Numbered from the stretch's first letter, positions 1 to 10,378 are shown. The stretch is 54,796 nt of DNA from Caulobacterales bacterium (GCA_041308165.1 JBFZCB010000001.1:1-54796); one strand, 5' to 3'. A program made the numbers and translations. The notes: generated by a model not told the origin, from the sequence alone.

Positions 1-2
1 GT

Positions 3-1514
3 CAGAGGGTTCGCCCAGGACCAAGCAGCACCGTCTCAGGCATTGCAGGCCCGAGTGTTGCCGGATCCGTTATCGTGACTCCACAAACACCGCCGAACAC
101 AGAGCGATATCCCGATGCCGTGCCGAACCCCGTTCGTCGGACATCGACGGATCCGGTCTCAACCTTCTCAATCGACGTTGATACAGCCGCCTATGCCAAT
201 GTGCGCCGCTTCCTGAAAGATGGAACGCCACCGCCCCGCGACGCGGTCCGGGTCGAGGAACTCATCAACTACTTCGACTATGGATATGCCTCTCCCGCGG
301 ATATGCAGACGCCGTTTGCCGTATCCACTGCCGTGATCACCGCGCCCTGGGCACCGGAGCGCCAGGTCGTCCATATTGCTCTTCAGGGCTACGAACTTCC
401 CCCTGCCCAGCAAAGGCCCCTGAACCTCACATTCCTCGTGGACGTCTCCGGCTCGATGGGTGCCCCCGACAAGCTGGATCTGGCCAAGAAGGCCATGAAC
501 CTGGCCATTGATCGCCTGCGCCCACAGGACACACTGGCTGTGACCTATTACGCTGAGGGGGCTGGGACGACCCTGGCTCCCACGCCCGGTACAGACAAGT
601 TGCGGATGCGGTGTGCTGTTGCCAGCCTCCATGCATCGGGCGGTACGGCCGGCGCGACCGGAATGACCAATGCCTATGATCAGGCCCAGGCCAGTTTTGC
701 CCCGGACAAGGTCAACCGCATCCTGATGTTCACCGATGGCGACTTCAACGTGGGTGTCACTGACAACCAGAGACTGGAAGATTACGTCGCCGAGAAGAGA
801 CAGACCGGCATCTATCTTTCTGTCTATGGCTTCGGGCGCGGCAACTACCAGGACGAGCGGATGCAGGCCATCAGCCAGGCCGGTAATGGCACGGCCGCCT
901 ATATCAATGATCTGCAGGAGGCCCAACGCGCCTTTGGCCCCCGCTTTGACCAGGGTGCCTTTCCGATTGCCGATGACGTCAAGATTCAGGTGGAGTTCAA
1001 TCCCGCCCGCATCGCAGAGTACCGATTGATCGGCTATGAGACCCGACTTCTCAATGAAGAGGATTTCAACAACGATCGCGTCGATGCCGGTGAGGTCGGG
1101 TCCGGCGCCAGCGTGACGGCCATCTATGAAGTCACCCCCGCGGGTGCGCCAACCCAGATCGGCGAAAGGCGCTATGCCGAGAACAGACCCGCGACTGAGC
1201 GTGCCGATACATCAGGCGAAATCGGCTTTGTCCAGGTTCGCTACAAGCTGCCCGGCCAGACCCGTTCGCAGCTGATCCAGCACCCCATAGACCAGAGGAC
1301 CCGTGCTCCCGCCCATGCCACCCGTTGGGCCCTGGCGGTTGCAGCCTTTGGCCAGAAGTTGCGCGCTGACCCCTGGATGACCGAGAGCTACAGCTGGTCC
1401 ACCATACTGGCAGAGGCTCAGGCCGCTCGGGGCGAAGACCCCTATGGTGAAAGAGCCGAGTTCGTACAGCTTGTCCGGGCCGCTCAGAGCCTGCCCGAAC
1501 GCCGCAGGCCCTAG
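3..1514 (+). CDS. VWA domain protein, YfbK-like (5' end probably outside the window)
   Basis: STFSIDVDTAAY motif, MIDAS DVSGS, ILMFTDGDFNVG and EYRLIGYETR motifs of the YfbK family. The frame is open back to position 3. Confidence 0.85.
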   Translation, partial: QRVRPGPSSTVSGIAGPSVAGSVIVTPQTPPNTERYPDAVPNPVRRTSTDPVSTFSIDVDTAAYANVRRFLKDGTPPPRDAVRVEELINYFDYGYASPADMQTPFAVSTAVITAPWAPERQVVHIALQGYELPPAQQRPLNLTFLVDVSGSMGAPDKLDLAKKAMNLAIDRLRPQDTLAVTYYAEGAGTTLAPTPGTDKLRMRCAVASLHASGGTAGATGMTNAYDQAQASFAPDKVNRILMFTDGDFNVGVTDNQRLEDYVAEKRQTGIYLSVYGFGRGNYQDERMQAISQAGNGTAAYINDLQEAQRAFGPRFDQGAFPIADDVKIQVEFNPARIAEYRLIGYETRLLNEEDFNNDRVDAGEVGSGASVTAIYEVTPAGAPTQIGERRYAENRPATERADTSGEIGFVQVRYKLPGQTRSQLIQHPIDQRTRAPAHATRWALAVAAFGQKLRADPWMTESYSWSTILAEAQAARGEDPYGERAEFVQLVRAAQSLPERRRP

Positions 1515-1610
1515 GGTGATTGACCTGGCTTCCCCTAACGCAAAGGATCGGGAAGCCAGGTCATCTGACGTCTTCTCTCCAGCCATTGTCGAGCGACCGG
1601 ACTGTGCCCG

Positions 1611-3140
1611 TCAGATGTCGAATCTCACACCCTGAGCAAGAGGCAGGTGACGACTGAAGTTCACCGTCTGTGTCTGCCTGCGCATATAGGCTTTCCAGGC
1701 ATCCGAACCGCTCTCGCGCCCACCTCCTGTTTCCTTTTCCCCACCAAAGGCACCGCCTATCTCCGCACCGCTTGGGCCGATATTGACATTGGCAATGCCG
1801 CAGTCAGAGCCCCAGGCTGACAGGAAGGTTTCAGCTTCACGCACACTATCAGTGAAGATGCAGGAGCTCAGACCCTGCGGCACATCGTTTTGCATCGCGA
1901 CTGCCGTGTCGTAGTCAGACCAGGTCAGGACATAGAGAACAGGCGCAAAAGTCTCGGTCATGACAATCTCAGTCTGACCCGGCATATGCACGATCGCCGG
2001 TCGCACATAGACTCCATCCCCCCAATGCCCGCCGCCAAGGTCCGCTCGACCGCCACCGGTTACGAGCGTTCCGCCCTGCTGAAGCGCCTGTTCAATCGCG
2101 CGGTCAAAGTCTAGGCCGGCCGCTGGGTCGATCAGGGGACCAATGAGGACGCCCTCAGCCCTCGGATCCCCTATGGGCAAAGTCTCGTAAGCTGCCTTCA
2201 GTCGATCCAACAGGGTTTCAGCCACGCTTTCATGTACCAGAAGGCGGCGCAGGGTCGTGCAACGCTGACCTGCCGTCCCGACAGCTGAAAAGGCGATGGC
2301 CCGGACGGCCATGTCCAGATCAGCGCTGGGCGTTACGATCATGGCATTGTTCCCTCCAAGTTCCAGGAGGCTTCGCCCAAAGCGACTAGCTACAGTGGTT
2401 GAAACCGCCCTACCCATGCGGGTCGAGCCCGTGGCCGAAACCAGTGAGATACGGGGATCTGCGGCCAAACGTTCCCCGATCTCGCGTCCTCCGACCAGGA
2501 GCTGCGCCAGACCCGCTGGTGCCTCATCACCAAACCTGGAGCGTGCCCGCTCAAATACGGCCTGAACGCCCAGTGCCGTCAACGGCGTCTTCTCGGACGG
2601 TTTCCAGATAACGGGGTCGCCGCAGACCAGGGCCAGGGCTGCGTTCCAGGCCCATACAGCGACAGGAAAGTTGAAGGCCGTAATGACTGCGACGGTCCCA
2701 AGCGGATGCCACGCCTCTCGCATATGATGCCCCGGCCTCTCCGAAGGCAGGGTCAGTCCATTCAGCTGGCGCGAGAGGCCAACGGCAAAATCGCAGATAT
2801 CGATCATCTCCTGAACCTCACCGAGGCCCTCAGAAACGACCTTACCGGCCTCAAGCGTCACCAGGCGTGCAAGATCATCCTTGGCGTCACGTAACGCCTC
2901 ACCCAGCAGACGGACCAGTTCGCCCCGACGGGGCGCAGGGACACATCGCCAGGCCAGAAAGGCAGCTTGGGCATCGCTGATGGCAAGTTCGACATCATCA
3001 GCACTTGCCTGATGCAGATGACCTGCGACTGATCCATCAATCGGAGAACCCGCCTTCAGACCCCCTTCGGAGGTCCAGGCGCAGGCCCCTCCCCCCAGAC
3101 GTTCAAGGATTCTACGGGCTTCGATCGCCGCCGTGCTCAT
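1611..3140 (-). CDS. Aldehyde dehydrogenase, ALDH7 / piperideine-6-carboxylate dehydrogenase family
   Basis: ITAFNFPVAVWAWN, LELGGNN, catalytic GQRCTT, GGEKETGGGRESGSDAWKAY. ATG 3140 follows GGGAGAC. Confidence 0.9.
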   Translation of the reverse strand: MSTAAIEARRILERLGGGACAWTSEGGLKAGSPIDGSVAGHLHQASADDVELAISDAQAAFLAWRCVPAPRRGELVRLLGEALRDAKDDLARLVTLEAGKVVSEGLGEVQEMIDICDFAVGLSRQLNGLTLPSERPGHHMREAWHPLGTVAVITAFNFPVAVWAWNAALALVCGDPVIWKPSEKTPLTALGVQAVFERARSRFGDEAPAGLAQLLVGGREIGERLAADPRISLVSATGSTRMGRAVSTTVASRFGRSLLELGGNNAMIVTPSADLDMAVRAIAFSAVGTAGQRCTTLRRLLVHESVAETLLDRLKAAYETLPIGDPRAEGVLIGPLIDPAAGLDFDRAIEQALQQGGTLVTGGGRADLGGGHWGDGVYVRPAIVHMPGQTEIVMTETFAPVLYVLTWSDYDTAVAMQNDVPQGLSSCIFTDSVREAETFLSAWGSDCGIANVNIGPSGAEIGGAFGGEKETGGGRESGSDAWKAYMRRQTQTVNFSRHLPLAQGVRFDI

Positions 3141-3208
3141 GTTCTGATGTCTCCCTGGCCGAATGGGCATAAACCCAGCGCCTTGAGAGGGCCAGTCTTT
3201 GCACCCGG

Positions 3209-3233
3209 GGAACCGAGGTCAACTTCACCTGTT
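3209..3233 (+). promoter_or_regulatory. Putative SigT/EcfG general-stress promoter
   Basis: GGAAC-N16-TGTT against the consensus GGAAC-N16/17-CGTT, about 35 nt before the CBS gene start. Confidence 0.55.
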
Positions 3234-3268
3234 TGGGTAGGAATCCAGCCCCCAGAGGAGATACCGAT

Positions 3269-3682
3269 ATGAAGATCCGGGACATGATGAGCCGCGACGT
3301 CCAGGTTGCCAGGCCAGCCGATACAGTGGAATCGGTCGCCGCCAGGATGGGAGCAGGCGATTTCGGCTTTATGCCGGTCGCCGGCGCGCACCATATTGAC
3401 GGGGTCCTGACCGATCGTGACATCGCTATACGCGTCATAGGTACGGGCAGGCCGGCCTCGACATCTGCAGCCCAAGCGATGACGTCCCCTGCAATGACAG
3501 TACTGGATACCGATGATCTCAAGTCGGCGCTCGACGCAATGACAAGGTCACGCGTCCGCAGGCTTCCGGTTATCGACATTGAGGGGCGCCTGGTTGGTAT
3601 CGTGTCCCTCGGCGACCTCGCCGGCAAGGTCAGGGAACGCTTTGCCGGAGAGGCTTTGGAGACCATCTCCAGACCGGGGTAA
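3269..3682 (+). CDS. CBS domain protein
   Basis: Tandem CBS motifs (GVLTDRDI; VRRLPVID...LVGIVSLGDL). GAGGAG RBS before ATG 3269. Confidence 0.9.
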   Translation: MKIRDMMSRDVQVARPADTVESVAARMGAGDFGFMPVAGAHHIDGVLTDRDIAIRVIGTGRPASTSAAQAMTSPAMTVLDTDDLKSALDAMTRSRVRRLPVIDIEGRLVGIVSLGDLAGKVRERFAGEALETISRPG

Positions 3683-3709
3683 ACTCGGACCAGGGCATGG
3701 CCAGACAGA

Positions 3710-3725
3710 TTAAACCGACATTTAC
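3710..3725 (+). promoter_or_regulatory. Putative CtrA box
   Basis: TTAA-accgaca-TTTAC, one mismatch to TTAA-N7-TTAAC, upstream of the 3792 gene. Confidence 0.5.
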
Positions 3726-3791
3726 CCTGCTCCGAAACCTGTTCCTAATCGCAACCGTGCATTGTGAGCGCCGTATATTGGGGGGTCCAGA

Positions 3792-4415
3792 ATGGCGCGT
3801 GCGCAGTTTCAGAAAGGCCAGAGAGTCTGGGTCGAAAGCGTCGGAGCCTGGGCTGAAGTTGAAAAGATCAATGCGGTCTGGGCCAAGGGCTTCGATGAGC
3901 CGATCCGCGTTACCTATGACATCGGGATGGGTCGCGCGTTTCAGGCCAGCGAACTCCTCTTACCCGTTGAAGACCCCCTAGCCTCTGAACAACACAACTG
4001 GAGGGTTCTGCGGGCCCGAAACAAATGGCAGGCTGCCGAGGATGTTCAACACCACCCGTTCCCCGGCACCTACCCGGTTGTCGTAACCGACAAGGCCGAC
4101 TGGGGAGGCTGGCGTGTCCCGGGTGCCGAATATGACCGAAGCCCCGAACGCATTGAGTTCCAGGCGCGCATGATCACTGCAGCACCGGAACTCGTGGCGA
4201 TCGTAGAATCATTCTTGACGCTTGCAGAAGAAAATCCCGAGAGCCTGCTAGCCGAACACCAGGCCCTTGTGGATCGAGCAAGCGCGGTTCTGCAAACGAT
4301 CCAGCAGGTGTTGGCGCTCCCTCAAGACGAGTCTGCTGTTGCCCGACGTGCCCGCGAAGCCGGGTTGGATGTCCACGTATCAACAGAGACCAATATCCAT
4401 CAAACGGCGGCTTAA
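3792..4415 (+). CDS. Conserved hypothetical protein
   Basis: 207-aa ORF with globular, Trp-containing composition. It fills the gap before pleC. Confidence 0.75.
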   Translation: MARAQFQKGQRVWVESVGAWAEVEKINAVWAKGFDEPIRVTYDIGMGRAFQASELLLPVEDPLASEQHNWRVLRARNKWQAAEDVQHHPFPGTYPVVVTDKADWGGWRVPGAEYDRSPERIEFQARMITAAPELVAIVESFLTLAEENPESLLAEHQALVDRASAVLQTIQQVLALPQDESAVARRAREAGLDVHVSTETNIHQTAA

Positions 4416-4427
4416 CCGTCTTTTTAC
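4412..4427 (+). promoter_or_regulatory. Putative CtrA box upstream of pleC
   Basis: TTAA-ccgtctt-TTTAC overlapping the stop codon of the upstream gene. Confidence 0.5.
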
Positions 4428-4542
4428 ACGGACTCTCGACAGGAATCCGCGACACAGCCTAGATTCGCTGAAGAAACCGAATCGTTATGGGGGTACGAGC
4501 TTGCGGGCCACAGAGCGCCGCGTTCAGGTAGAGGGCCGACGC

Positions 4543-6936
4543 GTGTCGGACGTCAAGCCTTCGCGCCTTGTGACCTGGACTCGGATTGCCATCCTGCTGA
4601 TCACCCTGGCGGTCGCCGTCTATGTGCTTCTGGTAGCCAGAGAAGCCGCACGCCCAGAACGTGAAATGGCCGTCCTCCAGTCTCGCGCGATGCTCCATGA
4701 TGCGCGATGGCTGTCATCATCGCTGGAGGACCGACTTTCGCTGGCCAGCGCGGCCCTAGCCACCGCCTCCACCCGTCTTACATCTCAACCTGACCGTCCT
4801 ATGGATGCGCTTGAGGCGGCCCGTATCGTCTACCCCGATCTGGCTGTTGCGGTCACAAGCCGAAACGGCAATGTGCGTGCCGTCCTCGGGGCTAGCGCCG
4901 AACAGTTCTCCGACATTGCCAGGACACGCGACCGCGCAGCGATCACAATGGATCCGTTGAGCAATACGCTCATCCTGCGGAGATCTGCCGGAAACCAGAC
5001 CCTGATGGCTCGCATCGTCTTGTCAGTACCGTCTGGATTTGACGGACTGGATCTGTTTGTGGCTTCCGACGTCAGCCGCATGGGACTGCGCATCGGTGCC
5101 CCCCTGCCTGCCGCCGACTTCGCAGCGCTTAAAGCCATTGCTGAAAGCACAAGACTGACGACGGCCGGGGAGTTTCAGATTGCGGCTCTACCAGTAGGCA
5201 AGACCGGGCTCATTGCCGGGGCCTGGCGCTCTGCTCCAGGCAAGGGCAGCCATTTTCTTTCGGACTTTTGGGTCTTCCTGACGCCTGCGCTTCTGGGGCT
5301 TGTGGTGATGGCCCTGATGATCGCTCATCACTGGCAGCAGTCACGCACGAAGCTGGACTGGGCCGAAACCGAACATAGATTCCAGGTTGCGGTGGAAGCC
5401 GCACGCTGTGGGGTCTGGGAGTGGGATCTGGATACAGAAGAGGTGGTGCTGTCGGAATACATGGCCGCCCTTCTTAGTCTGCCCCAAGGGGGGGCCTATA
5501 CAGCCGCCGAAGTGACCGAGTGCGTCCATCCCCGTTATCGCGATGCGTTTGAGCATGCGTTACGCCAGGCAGCGACGTTCGGAACCTTTGAAACCTCTTT
5601 CCCTGTCATGATCAGTGGGGGTGGATCCAGATGGATCGATGCGCGCGGTCAGGCCAATGGGGAGCGGGGAGAACACGGCTATTCCAGCATAATGGGTGTG
5701 GCCCTGGACATTACCGAAGCCCGCCGGGCAAAGGCCCATGCCCAGGCTGCAGAGAGTCGTCTGCGCGATGGTATCGAAAGCGTCTCGGACGCCTTTGCCC
5801 TGTTTGATCGGCATGGCAGACTGATCCTGTCCAACCAGGCGTTCTCAGACGCCTTTGGTCTGACCCCGGCTGCGGCAAGGCGAGGAGCTGCTAAGGATGA
5901 GCTTAACCGCATTGCCGGTCTGGCCATCCGTGCCGATCATCCCTCAGTTGAGGCCGGAGTTCGCGAGCTTGAACTCAACGACGGACGCTGGCTGATGATT
6001 TCAGAGCGCTTCACATCTGATGGCGGAACCGTTGTCACCGCTACCGACCTTACCGTTATCCGACGCCAAGAGGCCCAGACGCGTCAGGCCGCGGACAGTC
6101 TTCGGGCCATGGTCACCAAACTTGAATCGAGCCAGGCTGAACTGAGCCAGCTGGCCAAGAAGTACGAGGAGGCCATGATGCGTGCAGAAGCCGCAAACCA
6201 GGCCAAGTCGGAGTTCCTGGCCAACATGTCCCATGAACTCCGCACCCCTCTGAATGCCATCAACGGGTTTTCAGAGATCATGGCTGCCGAGATGTTCGGC
6301 CCCGTCGGAGATCCGCGTTACAAGGGCTATGCAAATGATATTCTCAGATCAGGCCAGCACCTTCTGAGCCTTATCAACGACATCCTCGACATGGCAAAGA
6401 TCGAGGCGGGCAAGATGAGCGTTCATTACGAGAAGATATCGCTCAAGGAGATCTGCACCGAGGCTGCAAGACTGATGCGCGGCAAGGCAGACGAAGCTGG
6501 CCTGACCCTGATCGTCGACGTGCCAGACCTGCCAGACATCGATGCCGACCACAGGGGGATGCGCCAGGTCTTGCTGAACCTGATTTCAAATGCCGTGAAG
6601 TTCACGCCTGAAGGCGGATCCATAACCGTGGCCGCCGCAGCTTTCGGGAGTGATCGTCAGAAGGTGTCGGTCACGGATACGGGGATCGGCATAGCTGCAG
6701 ATGACCTTGCACGACTGGCAAGGCCTTTCGAACAGGTTGAGGGGCAACATTCCAAGACAACCCAGGGCACTGGACTGGGCCTGGCTCTGACGAAGGCCCT
6801 CATCGAGATCCATCAAGGCGAGATGGTCATAACCAGTGAACCTGGCCAAGGGACTACGGTAAGCTTCCATATACCGGTCAAGAAGCCGCAATCCGAGACT
6901 GAAGGCCTGGGTGAAGAGATCGCGCGCGCCGCTTGA
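4543..6936 (+). CDS. pleC: Cell-cycle PAS sensor histidine kinase PleC
   Basis: Two TM segments, PAS domains (ARCGVWEWDL), H-box KSEFLANMSHELRTPLNAINGFSEIM..EMFGP.GD.RYKGY and a HATPase domain. The start is uncertain (GTG 4543 or TTG 4501). Confidence 0.85.
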   Translation: MSDVKPSRLVTWTRIAILLITLAVAVYVLLVAREAARPEREMAVLQSRAMLHDARWLSSSLEDRLSLASAALATASTRLTSQPDRPMDALEAARIVYPDLAVAVTSRNGNVRAVLGASAEQFSDIARTRDRAAITMDPLSNTLILRRSAGNQTLMARIVLSVPSGFDGLDLFVASDVSRMGLRIGAPLPAADFAALKAIAESTRLTTAGEFQIAALPVGKTGLIAGAWRSAPGKGSHFLSDFWVFLTPALLGLVVMALMIAHHWQQSRTKLDWAETEHRFQVAVEAARCGVWEWDLDTEEVVLSEYMAALLSLPQGGAYTAAEVTECVHPRYRDAFEHALRQAATFGTFETSFPVMISGGGSRWIDARGQANGERGEHGYSSIMGVALDITEARRAKAHAQAAESRLRDGIESVSDAFALFDRHGRLILSNQAFSDAFGLTPAAARRGAAKDELNRIAGLAIRADHPSVEAGVRELELNDGRWLMISERFTSDGGTVVTATDLTVIRRQEAQTRQAADSLRAMVTKLESSQAELSQLAKKYEEAMMRAEAANQAKSEFLANMSHELRTPLNAINGFSEIMAAEMFGPVGDPRYKGYANDILRSGQHLLSLINDILDMAKIEAGKMSVHYEKISLKEICTEAARLMRGKADEAGLTLIVDVPDLPDIDADHRGMRQVLLNLISNAVKFTPEGGSITVAAAAFGSDRQKVSVTDTGIGIAADDLARLARPFEQVEGQHSKTTQGTGLGLALTKALIEIHQGEMVITSEPGQGTTVSFHIPVKKPQSETEGLGEEIARAA

Positions 6937-7164
6937 AGGTTTTCACAAAGGTGACGGCATTAGAGGGACCGAGTGAGCGGCCCAGAACTGCGAAACCGAA
7001 GTCCTGCCAGAGATGAGCAGGTTAGCTCCCGCTCCAGCCCTGGACAGAACCCGTTCAGACACCTTGTGCGCGACCACCTTGCTCTAAATCCAGGTAACGC
7101 ATCACGCCAAAGCCTGATTGTCGTGTCTGGACGCGAGCGGGTGAAGGCCGCGCTGGAGATGTTT

Positions 7165-7665
7165 CTAGAAGCTCATCACCTCGGAAATGCTCAGGACCGC
7201 GCGCTTCAGATCCCCCTGAGAGTAGGTTCCGACCCAGATTTCGTAGCGGCCTGCAACGGCCACCAACTCGACCAGAGGATTGTTGCCATCCTCGCCGGAA
7301 TCATCATCGCAGTACCAGCGGCCGTCAGGCCCATTCACCACCAGCGTCGTATCTGAGTTCGACAGCGCCGAGATTTTGAGGTTCAGGCCGCTCTTGCTTG
7401 TCGCATCCCAGAACAGCCGAACATCCGGGGCGTTGCTGATATAGCCCTGGCAGTCCTCGAACTTGGAAGACGCATCCACAGTTCCGCCTGCCATGAGGCT
7501 CGTCAGATTGGGATCCGGTGTAAACCCAGGCGACAGGCGTATGGTTCCTGAAAGGGGTTCGGCTGCAAAGTCCTGGGCTGCAACCGGCCCGGCCGCTGCC
7601 ACCGCAAGCGCGGCAAGGGCCGGGGCTGCAAGCGCGAACAGGGCCGTGAAACTGGTAAAGCGCAT
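7165..7665 (-). CDS. Secreted protein with a PPC-like beta domain (GFTPDP...DTTLVVNGPDGRWYCDDD)
   Basis: Ala-rich signal peptide ending VAA-QD and a Cys pair. ATG at 7665. Confidence 0.75.
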   Translation of the reverse strand: MRFTSFTALFALAAPALAALAVAAAGPVAAQDFAAEPLSGTIRLSPGFTPDPNLTSLMAGGTVDASSKFEDCQGYISNAPDVRLFWDATSKSGLNLKISALSNSDTTLVVNGPDGRWYCDDDSGEDGNNPLVELVAVAGRYEIWVGTYSQGDLKRAVLSISEVMSF

Positions 7666-7918
7666 CGTTTGGTCTTTCCTATAACAGTCGGACCGGACCA
7701 CCCGTTACCGCTGCCTGCGCATTAGAATGCCAAGGCGGACCAGGATCAACCACCTCAGATATGGTTGTTATTTCGTCGAGACCTTCCGTAGCGGCACCGG
7801 GTTTTGGAAAGCACGCCCCGCAAACAACCGCACTTGGCGACACAGCTCCAGTTGACCACAGGCCAGCGGTTGTTCATCAAAGGCAGGATCATAAACCAAG
7901 AATGGAGTGAGCGCAGTC

Positions 7919-9718
7919 ATGGGTCTCGCAGCGACGATCCGGCGTGACCTTCATTTTTATGGCAGCCTCCGCCGCCTTCTGGGTCGCATCAAGCCAATAT
8001 CGCTGGAGAGCAATGTACTGCTCTGCGATGATTTCGAAGAAGCTGTAGATCGCTTTGGCGAGAATATCGCGATCGAGGACGAATACCGTTCCCTGACGTA
8101 CCGCGAGCTCGATGCCCTGGCCAATCGCTATGCCCATTGGGCCAGAAGCCGAAACCTCAGGCACTCTGATGTGGTGGGCCTGTTTATGTCAAACCGCGCG
8201 GACTATATCGCGGCCTGGATCGGCTTCTCCAAAGTCGGGGTTCCCACCGCCCTTCTGAACACCAATCTGACCGGCCAGGCCCTGGCCCACTGCCTCAACA
8301 TCGTCAATGTCGCCCAGGTCGTGTCAGACGAGGAGCTCTGGCCCCGCGTCGAAGAGGCCAGGCCGTTCGCGAGCCGCAGTCTCATGCTCTGGGTCCTGGG
8401 CCTGGAGCCCGCAGATGAGACCAGCGAGAGGCGCAACCTTGGCAATGCCGTCCGCAGTGGATCCTCTGTGCGCCCGCCAAAGGCGGTCCGGGCGGGCCTG
8501 ACTAATCGTGATACCTGTATCTATATCTATACGTCAGGCACGACAGGCCTGCCCAAGGCGGCCCGTGTCAACCACTCCCGGGCTCGGACCTATATGCGGG
8601 CCTTCGCGGGCTGTACCCGCTCGGTAGCCTCCGACCGCATATTCAATGTCCTGCCGCTCTATCATTCAACCGGCGGCCTGGTCGGGGTCGGCGCAGCGTT
8701 GCTAAACGGAGCCCGGTTGATCATACGCCGCCGGTTCTCGGCGTCTTCGTTCTCCAGAGACGTGCGCGATAGCGGGGCTACCATGTTCGTCTATATCGGC
8801 GAACTCTGCCGCTACCTGGTGAACAGTCCACCGCAGGAGGATGACGGCGTCAACAAGTTGCGCCTAGCCTTCGGCAACGGGCTGCGTGGCGATGTCTGGC
8901 CCGAATTCCAAAGGCGTTTCAAGGTTCCCCAGATCCTTGAGTTCTACGGTTCCACCGAGGGCAATGTTTCGCTGTTCAACTTCGACGGCAAGGTCGGAGC
9001 CATAGGCCGTGTACCCAAGCTCCTGAGAAAACAGTTAAACATCAAACTTATCCGTATTGATGCGGAAACCGGCGAGGCCGTCCGTAGCCCAAATGGTCTG
9101 TGCCAGGAGTGCGGTCCGGGAGAAATCGGGGAAGCCGTGGGCCTCATCAATACCGACGCCCGCCGCGAGTTTTCGGGCTATGCCGACAAGGCTGCATCCG
9201 AAAAGAAGATGATCTCAGATGTTTTCGTGCGCGGAGACCGTTATTTCAGGACCGGCGACCTGCTCAGGCGCGATGACGCTGGCTATTTCTACTTTATCGA
9301 CCGGATCGGCGACACCTTCCGCTGGAAAGGCGAGAATGTCTCAACATCCGAAGTCGAACAGATGCTGAGCGATGCACCGGGCGTAAAGGAAGTCATCGCC
9401 TACGGCGTGGCTGTTCCAAATGCAGACGGCAAGGCCGGCATGGTGGCCCTGACGCTCGACGGAAAGTTCAAGGCCAAGGCGTTCGCCGACTGGGCCGATG
9501 CCCAGTTGCCGACCTATGCTCGCCCCCTGTTCGTTCGCATATCCAGAGCCATGGAGACCACCGGGACGTTCAAGTACCGCAAGGTTGACCTGGTCGCAGA
9601 CGGCTTTGATCCGTCGAGGATTGACGCCCCCCTCTATGTCCGCGGGGGACGAAACGGCTACCAGAAGCTTACACCCCAGGTCCACGCACGGATCATGAGC
9701 GGCGACGTTCGTTTCTAG
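7919..9718 (+). CDS. Long-chain acyl-CoA synthetase, FATP family
   Basis: YIYTSGTTGLPKAA AMP-binding motif, YIGELCRYL, DRIGDTFRWKGENVST. Confidence 0.92.
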   Translation: MGLAATIRRDLHFYGSLRRLLGRIKPISLESNVLLCDDFEEAVDRFGENIAIEDEYRSLTYRELDALANRYAHWARSRNLRHSDVVGLFMSNRADYIAAWIGFSKVGVPTALLNTNLTGQALAHCLNIVNVAQVVSDEELWPRVEEARPFASRSLMLWVLGLEPADETSERRNLGNAVRSGSSVRPPKAVRAGLTNRDTCIYIYTSGTTGLPKAARVNHSRARTYMRAFAGCTRSVASDRIFNVLPLYHSTGGLVGVGAALLNGARLIIRRRFSASSFSRDVRDSGATMFVYIGELCRYLVNSPPQEDDGVNKLRLAFGNGLRGDVWPEFQRRFKVPQILEFYGSTEGNVSLFNFDGKVGAIGRVPKLLRKQLNIKLIRIDAETGEAVRSPNGLCQECGPGEIGEAVGLINTDARREFSGYADKAASEKKMISDVFVRGDRYFRTGDLLRRDDAGYFYFIDRIGDTFRWKGENVSTSEVEQMLSDAPGVKEVIAYGVAVPNADGKAGMVALTLDGKFKAKAFADWADAQLPTYARPLFVRISRAMETTGTFKYRKVDLVADGFDPSRIDAPLYVRGGRNGYQKLTPQVHARIMSGDVRF

Positions 9719-9826
9719 ACAAGACAGGCTCTGAGGCCCCTGGGTCAACGGCTGTTGAGAGACAGCAGCCAAGGCCTCGCCAGTGAAATCCCAACCGCGA
9801 CGCAGGGGTCAGGCACCAGATCGCCG

Positions 9827-10378
9827 TCATGCCAGAGCCAGAACAAGGGCGATCAGACTACCGCCGATTATGGCCATCAATGTCGGGGCCCGAAAAGTCT
9901 TGATCAGAAGGCCTATGGTTACTCCGCCCAGAACAGCGAGGATGAGCGCGAGGGCCGCAACCATCTCATAAATCCGATAAGCGCGCGGACCGTGACCTTT
10001 GTGCAGTTCAATAAGTGCGTATTGGAAGTCCGGCCTGTTTATCGCCGCAACAAGGCCGGATGGCGTTTTCTGGAATGTCAGGAAGGTGCGCGTGGTCGGC
10101 CGCGTCTGAGCGCGCTCAGCGTCGCCATGGACCGTCTCGAAATCAAGCTTCAGACCTTGCACGGCTATCAGTTGGCGAACATCATTGGCAAAGGTTCCGG
10201 ACCCAAGCTCCAGCCCATGGCTCTGCGGAAGGGGTAGCGTTGTTATCTGTGTCTCACCCCGGATGCCCGCGATGTAGAGACCACCAGATATGGCCACGAC
10301 CAGGAAAGCCGGCGCAAGCAGGCCAGCAATCCAGAGATGAAACATGACAAGGAAACGACGGAGTTTCATGGAGTTCAT
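9827..10378 (-). CDS. PepSY-associated TM-helix membrane protein
   Basis: FHLWIAG..AISGGLY N-terminal TM helix, ELHKGHG motif, two C-terminal TM helices. Confidence 0.7.
   Translation of the reverse strand: MNSMKLRRFLVMFHLWIAGLLAPAFLVVAISGGLYIAGIRGETQITTLPLPQSHGLELGSGTFANDVRQLIAVQGLKLDFETVHGDAERAQTRPTTRTFLTFQKTPSGLVAAINRPDFQYALIELHKGHGPRAYRIYEMVAALALILAVLGGVTIGLLIKTFRAPTLMAIIGGSLIALVLALA

Noticed and set aside
6973..7356. 127-aa plus-strand ORF after pleC
   Set aside because: It overlaps a real gene in antisense and has no recognisable motif.
7823..7874. 9-bp inverted repeat AACAACCGC/GCGGTTGTT upstream of the acyl-CoA synthetase
   Set aside because: The 34-nt spacer is long and there is no other support for a riboswitch or mobile element.
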